Of a DNA stretch of 64,000 bases, positions 18,602 to 26,910 are shown piece by piece. How positions within the stretch are numbered: the first letter of the stretch is position 1; every line of letters begins with the position of its first letter. The translations under genes and the position numbers were made by a program. Source of the stretch: Candidatus Woesearchaeota archaeon (GTDB taxonomy: Archaea; Nanobdellota; Nanobdellia; Woesearchaeales; JAWBMQ01); assembly GCA_038825875.1 (NCBI GenBank), contig JAWBOS010000002.1, forward strand, positions 12,607 through 76,606, written 5' to 3'. The notes beneath the pieces were generated by a model. That model had not been told where the DNA came from. It did no database searches and saw only the letters and a program-made list of their open reading frames with translations.

Positions 18602-19984
18602 ATGAATCTAAAAAATATGAGAATTGCTTTTGTCGATTTAAATGAAAGCATTAAATTTGGAGAAATAAGCAGCAATTTGTATTTGGCTTCTTATCTGCTA
18701 GAAAAAATCAATAAGAAAGTAGAAATAAAATTATATTCCTCTTTTGAAAAATTCAGAAAATATGGTGGGCATTATGATTTGATTTGCTTCTCTGTCAATG
18801 GACTAAACTTACAAAAATTGCCAAAGAAAATAAAAGAAGAAATAAAACAAATTAAGTCTATAAAAATAATCGGTGGGCCTGGACCAACAATAATTCCTCA
18901 ACCATGCTTGGAATTCTGCGATATAGTAGTAATCGGCGAAGGAGAGATTCCATTGAAAAAGATAGTGAAGTTAATGATAAAAAAAGAAATTGTTAAAACA
19001 GAGGAACTTTTAAATTGCCCTGAGTTGAAAAAAATAGAGAATATTCTATATCAAGTTGATGGAAAAATAATCTTAACCCCTAAAAAGAATTATGATAAAA
19101 TTGACTTTGTCTCAAGAAAATTTGATCTGATCACTGATCTTGAAGAACATATAAAAAATTGGCCATATATGGATTACTTCCCTAAAAGAAGAGGAATAAG
19201 CATCATAACCTCAAGATCCTGCGGTTTTAACTGTTCTTTTTGTCAACCTACTTTAAAGAAAATTTTTGGAGAAAAGATTAAGTACATACCTATAGAAATA
19301 ATAAAAAAAGAACTTATTGAATTAAATCAAAAATACAAAATAGATGCATTCATGGCTCATGACGATAATCTAACAGCAAATTATTCTCATCTAAGAAATT
19401 TTTGTAATATGCTAAACGAATTGAAAAGAGAAGGTATTGAATTTAAATGGATTTGCAATAGTAGATGTGACACAATTGATGAGGAAAAAATAAAACTTTT
19501 AGCAAAAGCTAATTGTGTTGAAATAAGATATGGAATTGAAACTTGGAACGAAAACATAAGATCTAATTTCCTAAACAAGAAAATTTCAAATAAAAAAGTA
19601 TATGATACTATTAAACTCACAAAAAATCACAATATTCTCTGCTTTGGATTCTTTATGTTGGGATATCCAAACCTAAAGATAAAGGATGTATTAAATGAAA
19701 TAATTACTACTGCCAACAGCGACTTAGATTTGGCAACGTTTAGTGTGTTAACTCCATTACCTGGAACTGAATTAGGAATAAGATATAATGTTGATTCTTT
19801 TGAAAACTATTATCTCGGTAATAGCAAAGTAATCTCAAACATAAATCCGTTTGTGATTGAATTATTAAAAAAATTTGCATTTTTAGCTTTTTATTTTCAT
19901 CCCACAAGGCTCAAAAGAAGTCTATTAGAATTGATATCTGGAAAAAATTTAAAATATAAGATAAGAAGATTTTTCTTTTATTGA
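18602..19984 (+). CDS. Radical SAM protein with an N-terminal B12-binding-like (Rossmann) domain.
   Basis: The C-x3-C-x2-C motif CGFNCSFC is present. The upstream CFSVNG...IIGGPGPT region resembles class B radical SAM enzymes. Confidence 0.55.
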   Translation: MNLKNMRIAFVDLNESIKFGEISSNLYLASYLLEKINKKVEIKLYSSFEKFRKYGGHYDLICFSVNGLNLQKLPKKIKEEIKQIKSIKIIGGPGPTIIPQPCLEFCDIVVIGEGEIPLKKIVKLMIKKEIVKTEELLNCPELKKIENILYQVDGKIILTPKKNYDKIDFVSRKFDLITDLEEHIKNWPYMDYFPKRRGISIITSRSCGFNCSFCQPTLKKIFGEKIKYIPIEIIKKELIELNQKYKIDAFMAHDDNLTANYSHLRNFCNMLNELKREGIEFKWICNSRCDTIDEEKIKLLAKANCVEIRYGIETWNENIRSNFLNKKISNKKVYDTIKLTKNHNILCFGFFMLGYPNLKIKDVLNEIITTANSDLDLATFSVLTPLPGTELGIRYNVDSFENYYLGNSKVISNINPFVIELLKKFAFLAFYFHPTRLKRSLLELISGKNLKYKIRRFFFY

Positions 19985-20118
19985 CCAAACAAGCATTTAA
20001 ATAAAACAAAAGAATAAAAGTAAATTTTTTGAAAATCCATAAACCCTTTTGAAAAAATTCCAAAAAAATAATCAAAACAAATTTTAAACAAGCTAATTTT
20101 ACTTCTACAGGTGATCAA

Positions 20119-20283
20119 ATGGAAATCGAAGATCTACCTGAAACAAAAATAAAGCAACTCTTAAATATGCCCATAATTGAAACAAAAATAACAAAAAGTA
20201 AAGATGGAAAATATGTGATTCACAAAACAGTAATAACAGATATTAGAGCAAAGGAGTACTATGAAAAGATAGTAGAAAACTAA
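20119..20283 (+). CDS. Possible small ORF of 54 aa.
   Basis: It starts with an ATG and ends at a TAA in an otherwise AT-rich gap. It has no motif and is below the track threshold. Confidence 0.12.
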   Translation: MEIEDLPETKIKQLLNMPIIETKITKSKDGKYVIHKTVITDIRAKEYYEKIVEN

Positions 20284-20318
20284 AGAAATCCCAAAAAAAT
20301 CAAAAATTTTTTTGTTTT

Positions 20319-22208
20319 TTATTCTCTATTTCTTTGTTTTTTAAAAATCTCTTTTATTTCTTCAAGCGTTGAAATTTCCTCGACTGGTTTTTCCCTCAAA
20401 CTTAATATTCTTGGAAAACGCAATGCATAACCCGAAGAATATGAATCTGATTCCTGAATTTCTTCATAGATAACAGAAACAACTATCTTGGGAGCAACTT
20501 CTACTATCTTGCCCGATTCCGAAACTATTAGGGGCTTTAAAAGGTTTGTCATCTCTTCATAAGTGATCCCTTCTTCTGTTCTTTCTTTTAAACCTGAAGA
20601 AACTTTTCCAACTTCTAGTAACCTTTCTCCATCTCTACATGCAACATAGTAACTACTTAACCATCTACTTCTCTTACCTTCTCCATATTCTGCTCTTACT
20701 ATGACTAGATCCAAAGCATCTAAGACACCTTTCAATTTTACTCCATATCCAACTCTTTTGCCGGGTTTGTACGGTGTAGATAATGCTTTTATCATTACAC
20801 CTTCATGACCATTTCGAATTGCTTTATCAAACATTTCAATAACATCTTCTTCATTATTTGCAATAATCTGATCTGCTAATAAGCAAATATCACTTTTAAA
20901 AGATGAGAAAATAAGTAATAAAATGTTTCTTCTTTCTCCAAAAGATTTTTTTACTAGGGATTGACCATGTAAAAACAATATATCAAAAACATGATACTTC
21001 ACTGGAACCTTAAAAACATGCTCCTGAATCTTATACTTTCTCATAATTCTCTGACTAATATTCTGAAATGGAACCGGTTTATCATCTATATATCCTACTA
21101 CTTCGCCATCTAAGATACAGTTAATCCTCAATTTTCTCAATTCATTTACGACCTCAGGAAACTTGTCTGTTACCTCTTCCAAATTCCTTGTAAATAACTT
21201 AATTTTTCCTTCAGAATTCAAATTTTCAACATGTGCCTGAACTCTAAAACCATCATACTTAAATTCTACTGCTGCAGGCACTCCAACTACTTCTAACCCT
21301 TCCTTTGCTGAATTCACTTTAACAAATAACATGGATCTAACTGGAATAAACAAAGATATGTTTATTGAATTAAATATTTGTGGGTTTTCTTTTGCTAAAA
21401 AAAGCGCTTGAGCCACTTTTCCAAGATCATTACAGTAATTATATTTCTCCTCAACAAGTTCAGATAAAACCTTTTTATCATCATCGATAAATTCTAAATT
21501 AAAGAACTCCCTCGGTAAATTTTCTAAATCAAATTCAGATATCTTTGAAACTGGAACTGTTATGGGCAAAAGATCTGAATTTTTACATTCAAAACAATAA
21601 TCATAATCCAGAGTTATTGCGTTACATTTTGAGCATTTTTTTACTTTATTTATATCCTTTGGAAGAAATGCAAATGTCAATGCATCAATAAGTAAACCTT
21701 CTGCAAATCCTAAACGAAGTTGACCTAATATTAGTCTTGTTAAATATTTACTCTCTAATGGATCACATAAGAAATAAAGTTCCTTTAGATAGGATAGTTT
21801 TCTTTCAATACTACCTTCTCCCTCTTCTTGTGAAATTTTCTCAAAAAGGGAGTACATTTTCTTAAGTGTAAGCGATTTCTGAATTGGGAATAGGGTTTTT
21901 TGCTTTACCTTTGAAAGTATATTATATGCTACATTTCCAACATCCCCTTCCCTTTTCCAAATTTCCACAATTTTTTCTTCTTTCAAGCCAGATAAGATTG
22001 AAATTAACCTAAGAATAAGATTTACTGAAATTCCCAAATCCCTTTGCTCTGTCTCCTTAAATACTAAACCTTGTAGAAACAACATCAAGTAAGGTAAGTC
22101 ATCAAAATCGCAGGATTTTATTAACTTTGCAATAAAATAAATCTTTTCAAGATTCTTCGAAGTAGCATTAATCTTTTCAAGGTATTTAACTACATCACTA
22201 TAATTCAT
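20319..22208 (-). CDS. lig: ATP-dependent DNA ligase. The start was trimmed to M80 of the track ORF to avoid the tRNA.
   Basis: The adenylation motif I is present as VEFKYDGFRVQAHV (KxDG), with an OB domain downstream. The track N-terminal extension is an antisense translation of the tRNA-Met gene. Confidence 0.85.
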   Translation of the reverse strand: MNYSDVVKYLEKINATSKNLEKIYFIAKLIKSCDFDDLPYLMLFLQGLVFKETEQRDLGISVNLILRLISILSGLKEEKIVEIWKREGDVGNVAYNILSKVKQKTLFPIQKSLTLKKMYSLFEKISQEEGEGSIERKLSYLKELYFLCDPLESKYLTRLILGQLRLGFAEGLLIDALTFAFLPKDINKVKKCSKCNAITLDYDYCFECKNSDLLPITVPVSKISEFDLENLPREFFNLEFIDDDKKVLSELVEEKYNYCNDLGKVAQALFLAKENPQIFNSINISLFIPVRSMLFVKVNSAKEGLEVVGVPAAVEFKYDGFRVQAHVENLNSEGKIKLFTRNLEEVTDKFPEVVNELRKLRINCILDGEVVGYIDDKPVPFQNISQRIMRKYKIQEHVFKVPVKYHVFDILFLHGQSLVKKSFGERRNILLLIFSSFKSDICLLADQIIANNEEDVIEMFDKAIRNGHEGVMIKALSTPYKPGKRVGYGVKLKGVLDALDLVIVRAEYGEGKRSRWLSSYYVACRDGERLLEVGKVSSGLKERTEEGITYEEMTNLLKPLIVSESGKIVEVAPKIVVSVIYEEIQESDSYSSGYALRFPRILSLREKPVEEISTLEEIKEIFKKQRNRE

Positions 22209-22307
22209 ATGATAAAGATAAGAAATAAAAGTATTAAAATGTTTTGTAAAGTAGCAAAATGAAGACAAAATATTTATATAATTTTGAAAAAACCAAGATT
22301 TAGAAGT

Positions 22308-22423
22308 GCCGGAGTAGCTCAGCGGTAGAGCGCCACGCTCATAGGAAATGAGCTCTGAACAGTGATGAAGCTCTGTGGCGCTGAGAAACGTGGAGGTCGA
22401 GGGTTCAAATCCCCCCTCCGGCA
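22308..22423 (+). tRNA. tRNA with anticodon CAU (elongator Met or Ile2) containing a 44-nt intron at the canonical 37/38 position.
   Basis: The acceptor stem is GCCGGAG/CTCCGGC, and the D-arm is GCTC-AGCGGTA-GAGC. The anticodon stem CCACG pairs with CGTGG only when 22344-22387 is removed, leaving the loop CTCATA+A. The T-arm is GAGGG-TTCAAAT-CCCCC. The G1:C72 pair argues against an initiator tRNA. Confidence 0.75.
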
Positions 22424-22581
22424 ATTTAACCCTTCTTCTACCCATAGTTCAAAGATGTATATTTAAAAAGTTAAAAAAATTTAAAAATTGGAACCTAAAG
22501 ATTACGTATGTGGTATGTATTGAAATTAGATTAAGAAAAAATTAAGAAATTAAATCAAAATATTTGAACCAAAATTACACC

Positions 22582-24291
22582 ATGATAGAACAAACTTTTT
22601 TTGAGTTGGCAAAACTACTTATTTTAACCAGTTTAGTAACCATTATAATCAAATTTCTAAAACAACCTCCAATCATTGGTTATTTGTTAAGCGGAATCAT
22701 TTGTGGACCAATGTTGTTAAATTTGATAAAACATCCTGAAACAATTTCTATTTTATCACAATTAGGAGTAGTTATGCTACTTTTTCTTGTAGGAATCACT
22801 CTTAATCCAAAAGAGACAAAAAATTATGGTAAGGTAGCAATTTTTACAGGAATTGGACAAGTACTTTTTACTACACTAATCGGAACTCTAATAATTCTTA
22901 TATTCAGAAGATTTACTTTGTTAGAAGCAATATATCTTAGTGTTGCATATTCCTTTAGTAGTACTATCATCATTATGAAACTTTTAAGCGAAAAAAACGA
23001 AATTGATACATTACATGGAAGAATTTCTATTGGTTTCTTAATTGTTCAAGATTTAATAGCTATTATTTTGTTAATCTTTCTATCGAGTATTAAAACTGGA
23101 GAAAATTTTTGGAATAATCTTATAAACTTTCTATTTAATGGTCTGTGGATCTTTGGAGGAATTTTTTTATTTACCAGATATTTCCTTTCACGTCTTCTGG
23201 ATGTTTTTGCCAAATCAAGCGAAACATTGTTATTGTTTTCAATCACATGGTGTATTAGTGTAGCTTCTCTTTTCAGTCTTTTTAATTTTTCAATAGAAGC
23301 TGGTGCATTAATTGCAGGAATTGCCTTATCTTCTGTCCCCTATAGCCGAGAAATAATCTCAAAGGTAAAAACATTAAGAGACTTTTTCTTAATTCTATTT
23401 TTTATTTTATTAGGAACACAAATAAACTTTAATAATGTTGCTAAAAACCTAGACTTTGTAACGGTAATGTCCTTGTTTATCCTTTTAGGAAATCCATTAA
23501 TCGTGATTCTAATTATGCGTTTAATGAGATATACTTTGAGAACGGGATTATACGCTGGTTTAACGGTTGCTCAAATAAGTGAATTCTCACTAATCCTAAT
23601 AGCAATGGGAATTTCTTTAGGACATATTCGTGCTGATTTGTTACCTCTATCCACAACAATAGGAATAATTACCTTTATTGGTTCAACATATCTGATACTA
23701 TATTCTCAAAAGATTTATTTTTTGCTTGAGAAAACGATTAAAAAATTTTCAAAGAAATCATATATTGCAAAAATAGATGAAAAATCTATAAAATCACAAG
23801 AATATTATGATGTACTTATCATAGGATGCAACAGAACCGCTGTAGATTTATTGCCTGTATTGAGAAATAAAAACATACAATTTCTGATAATTGATCATAA
23901 TCCTGAAGTTATCAAAAAACTGAAAAAAATGGGATATAATTGTATTTACGGAGACATAAATGATTTTACAATACTTGAAAATATAGATCTAAAAAAGGTA
24001 AAACTTGTATTTTCTAGTGTTTCTGATATTGAGACAAATTTACGAATAGTAAATAATTTTAAGAATTATAATCCCGATTGTACCATAGTTACGGTTGCAA
24101 ATGATTTAGATGAAAGTTTAAGATTATACAAAGAAGGATCTACATATGTAATTGTACCTAAATTCCTTGGTGGTTTGCATTTCTCAACGATGTTAAATGA
24201 ATACGAGTTAGATCATGACAAATACCTCTTATCAAAGAAAAAACATTTAGATTATCTAATAAATAGAATAATAAACTGGTATAAGGAATAA
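22582..24291 (+). CDS. Monovalent cation:proton antiporter-2 (Kef-type) with a C-terminal TrkA-N/RCK domain.
   Basis: The N-terminal ELAKLLILTSLVTII...GYLLSGIICGP is typical of CPA2 transporters. About 12 TM helices are followed by a Rossmann-like IIGCNRTAVDL region. The ATG at 22582 is preferred over the track TTG. Confidence 0.7.
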   Translation: MIEQTFFELAKLLILTSLVTIIIKFLKQPPIIGYLLSGIICGPMLLNLIKHPETISILSQLGVVMLLFLVGITLNPKETKNYGKVAIFTGIGQVLFTTLIGTLIILIFRRFTLLEAIYLSVAYSFSSTIIIMKLLSEKNEIDTLHGRISIGFLIVQDLIAIILLIFLSSIKTGENFWNNLINFLFNGLWIFGGIFLFTRYFLSRLLDVFAKSSETLLLFSITWCISVASLFSLFNFSIEAGALIAGIALSSVPYSREIISKVKTLRDFFLILFFILLGTQINFNNVAKNLDFVTVMSLFILLGNPLIVILIMRLMRYTLRTGLYAGLTVAQISEFSLILIAMGISLGHIRADLLPLSTTIGIITFIGSTYLILYSQKIYFLLEKTIKKFSKKSYIAKIDEKSIKSQEYYDVLIIGCNRTAVDLLPVLRNKNIQFLIIDHNPEVIKKLKKMGYNCIYGDINDFTILENIDLKKVKLVFSSVSDIETNLRIVNNFKNYNPDCTIVTVANDLDESLRLYKEGSTYVIVPKFLGGLHFSTMLNEYELDHDKYLLSKKKHLDYLINRIINWYKE

Positions 24292-24294
24292 AAA

Positions 24295-25566
24295 ATGAAA
24301 AGAATTGCAATCCTAACGTTTGGATGTAGTTTAAATCAAGCGGATTCTGAAATTATGAAACATCTAATAAAAGAAAGAATCAAACAAAAAAAAGATCTGA
24401 GACTTGTAAAAAATCCAAAAAACGCAGAAATTGTAATTGTAAATACCTGTGCTGTAAAAAAACCTACTGAAATCCATATGTTAAGAATAATAAAGGAATT
24501 AGAAAATTTAAGTAAAAAAGTTATTGTATGTGGATGCTTAGCACAAACTATGCCTGAGTACTTCAAAAATCTTTCTTTATTAGGAACTGAAGATTTAGAA
24601 AGAATAAATGAAGCGATTGACGCAACAAATGAAAATAGAATTGTAAAATTTCTAAATAATAAATATGAAAAGTTGAGCAGTATTGAAAAATGTTTTCATA
24701 ATAAAGTAATTGAAATAATACCCATCAGCAGAGGATGCTTAGGAAATTGCACTTACTGCATTACTAAAATAGCAAGAGGAAACCTAAGAAGTTATCCACC
24801 TGAAAAAATAATTGAAAGAATTAAGCTTGCTGTTAAAAAAGGAATAAAAGAAATCTGGTTATCTAGTCAAGACTCTTTTTGCTATGGTTTTGATATTGGG
24901 ACTAATATCGTAGAACTAATGAAGGAAATAAACAAAATCAATTCAGACTTTAAAGTAAGAATTGGAATGGGCAATCCCAATCATCTAAAACTATTTCTTG
25001 ATGACATGTTACTTCAATTTTCAGATAAGTTTTTCAAGTTTTTACACATTCCTGTCCAAACTGGAAGCAATAAAATTCTAAGAGAAATGAATAGATATTA
25101 TTCTGTTGAAGAATTTGTTGAATTAGTTCAAAAAATAAGAGAATATGATCCTCTTTTTTCAATAGCTACTGACATAATGGTTGGTTTTCCCAGTGAAACA
25201 CAAGAAAACTTTGAAGAAACTCTGAAACTTATTGAAATAATCAAACCTGATGTTGTAAATATCTCCAGATTTGGAAAAAGACCAAAAACCATTCTATGGA
25301 ACGTAAAGGAATTGATGGGCAAAGAAGTAAAGAAAAGATCTAGAATACTTACCATGAAATGCAATGAAGTGGAATTTGAAAGAAATAAAATTTGGATCGG
25401 AAAATATTGCAAAGTGCTTATTGATGAAAAAAACAAGCAAAATCTTGTTGGAAGAAATGATTACTATAAGCCTATTGTAATTAAATCAACTAAAATATCT
25501 CTTGGAGAGTGGGTTATTACTAAAGTGATAGATGCAAAACCTCACTTTCTAATTAGTGAATTATAA
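24295..25566 (+). CDS. MiaB-like radical SAM tRNA methylthiotransferase, archaeal MtaB/CDKAL1-type.
   Basis: It has an N-terminal MTTase domain (ILTFGCSLNQADSE) and the radical SAM motif CLGNCTYC. A C-terminal TRAM-like domain follows. Confidence 0.8.
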   Translation: MKRIAILTFGCSLNQADSEIMKHLIKERIKQKKDLRLVKNPKNAEIVIVNTCAVKKPTEIHMLRIIKELENLSKKVIVCGCLAQTMPEYFKNLSLLGTEDLERINEAIDATNENRIVKFLNNKYEKLSSIEKCFHNKVIEIIPISRGCLGNCTYCITKIARGNLRSYPPEKIIERIKLAVKKGIKEIWLSSQDSFCYGFDIGTNIVELMKEINKINSDFKVRIGMGNPNHLKLFLDDMLLQFSDKFFKFLHIPVQTGSNKILREMNRYYSVEEFVELVQKIREYDPLFSIATDIMVGFPSETQENFEETLKLIEIIKPDVVNISRFGKRPKTILWNVKELMGKEVKKRSRILTMKCNEVEFERNKIWIGKYCKVLIDEKNKQNLVGRNDYYKPIVIKSTKISLGEWVITKVIDAKPHFLISEL

Positions 25567-25618
25567 ACAAAAAATTTTTATATTTAAAAAAACAAAGGCA
25601 ATGAATTAAAAAAATCAG

Positions 25619-26098
25619 GTGATTTTTATGCCAGAAGAACAAATAAAACCAATGAAAAAAAGACCTTGGGATGTAACGTTAGTAGCAGTTTTATACATTA
25701 TTTTTGGTGTTTTTTCAATACTAGTATTTTTATTAACTTTGCTATTAGGTGGATTGGTAAGTAGTATTTTTTTAGGAGGAGAAATGGGGGGATTAGGTGG
25801 ATTATTAGGAGGTGTTATAGCAATAACAGGTATACTTATAGTAATAGTTGGAATCCTAAATATTGCGGTAGGTATTGCATTATTAAAAGGAAAGTCTTGG
25901 GCAAGAATTCTTGTAATAATATTTTCCTGCCTAGGACTCGTTTTCTCAGTATTGCCGTTAATATTCATGATAGTATCTGGTGCAACGGAAATAATGAGCC
26001 TTGTAAATCTATTAGTTACCATAATAATTAATGGTCTAATATTCTGGGATTTTACTTTTAGAAAAGAAGTCAAAGAATTTTTTACAAGCAAACAATAG
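25619..26098 (+). CDS. Small membrane protein, paralogue A of a tandem pair.
   Basis: It has 4 TM helices. It shares KKRPW/VxxTL, LLKGK(S/N)(W/Y)ARI and a C-terminal RKEVKEFF motif with 26279-26764. Confidence 0.4.
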   Translation: MIFMPEEQIKPMKKRPWDVTLVAVLYIIFGVFSILVFLLTLLLGGLVSSIFLGGEMGGLGGLLGGVIAITGILIVIVGILNIAVGIALLKGKSWARILVIIFSCLGLVFSVLPLIFMIVSGATEIMSLVNLLVTIIINGLIFWDFTFRKEVKEFFTSKQ

Positions 26099-26278
26099 AA
26101 AGAACAGAATAATCGTTATGAAATTAATATGCAAGCTAAAAAAAGTTGATTTTTCCCTTTTGTTTCTTCTTTTGTTTCTTTTTTCCTAGAAAAATATTCT
26201 AAAAAATTAAGTTATAAAGACTCACTCATAGAAACTACAAAAAATTTATAAACAAAAAATATCATAGGATAAGATAAC

Positions 26279-26764
26279 ATGAACAAACCTCAATACTCTA
26301 GTAGTACTGGTTTATTTACTGATACTCCTAAACCAAAGATGAAAAAAAGACCTGTAGAGATAACTTTACTAGGAGTATTGAATATAATAGTTAGCATAAT
26401 TTATTTGGGATTAGCATTATTATTTTTAATAACAGGAAAACTAATTGCACCAACTCTCTCTACCGAAGAGGGTGGCCCTATATTGACAGCATTAGGCAAC
26501 TATGGAGCGATAATTCTTTTGGTTCTTGGTGTTTTAAGCATTATTATAGGAATAGGCTTACTAAAGGGTAAAAATTATGCTAGAATTATAACAATGATCC
26601 TTGTGGTATTGGGACTAATATCAGGAGTGCCTGGCTTGATAATTACATTAATTCTTAAAAACACAACAGCCATTTTAAGTGTAACTGCATTAATTGTCAT
26701 AAATATACTTATTTTATTGGATTTGGCTCTTAGAAAAGAAGTCAAAGAATTTTTTAAGAGGTAG
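26279..26764 (+). CDS. Small membrane protein, paralogue B of a tandem pair.
   Basis: It shares the same motifs as 25619-26098. Confidence 0.4.
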   Translation: MNKPQYSSSTGLFTDTPKPKMKKRPVEITLLGVLNIIVSIIYLGLALLFLITGKLIAPTLSTEEGGPILTALGNYGAIILLVLGVLSIIIGIGLLKGKNYARIITMILVVLGLISGVPGLIITLILKNTTAILSVTALIVINILILLDLALRKEVKEFFKR

Positions 26765-26910
26765 AGAAAACTATTATGATTAAAGTGTATTTTTATATTT
26801 TTGTATGCTGAGTTTTATATTTGAGGAATTTTTATTATTTTTCTTGAACTTAAGATTATATGCATTTCAATCAAAAAATTAATAAAACACCATAAGTATA
26901 AAATCAAACC

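Noticed and set aside
22209-22445. The ORF track gives the DNA ligase an N-terminal extension of 79 aa (MGRRRVKLPEGGFEPS...).
   Set aside because: It is the reverse-strand translation of the tRNA-Met gene. The ligase homology begins at the ATG at 22208.
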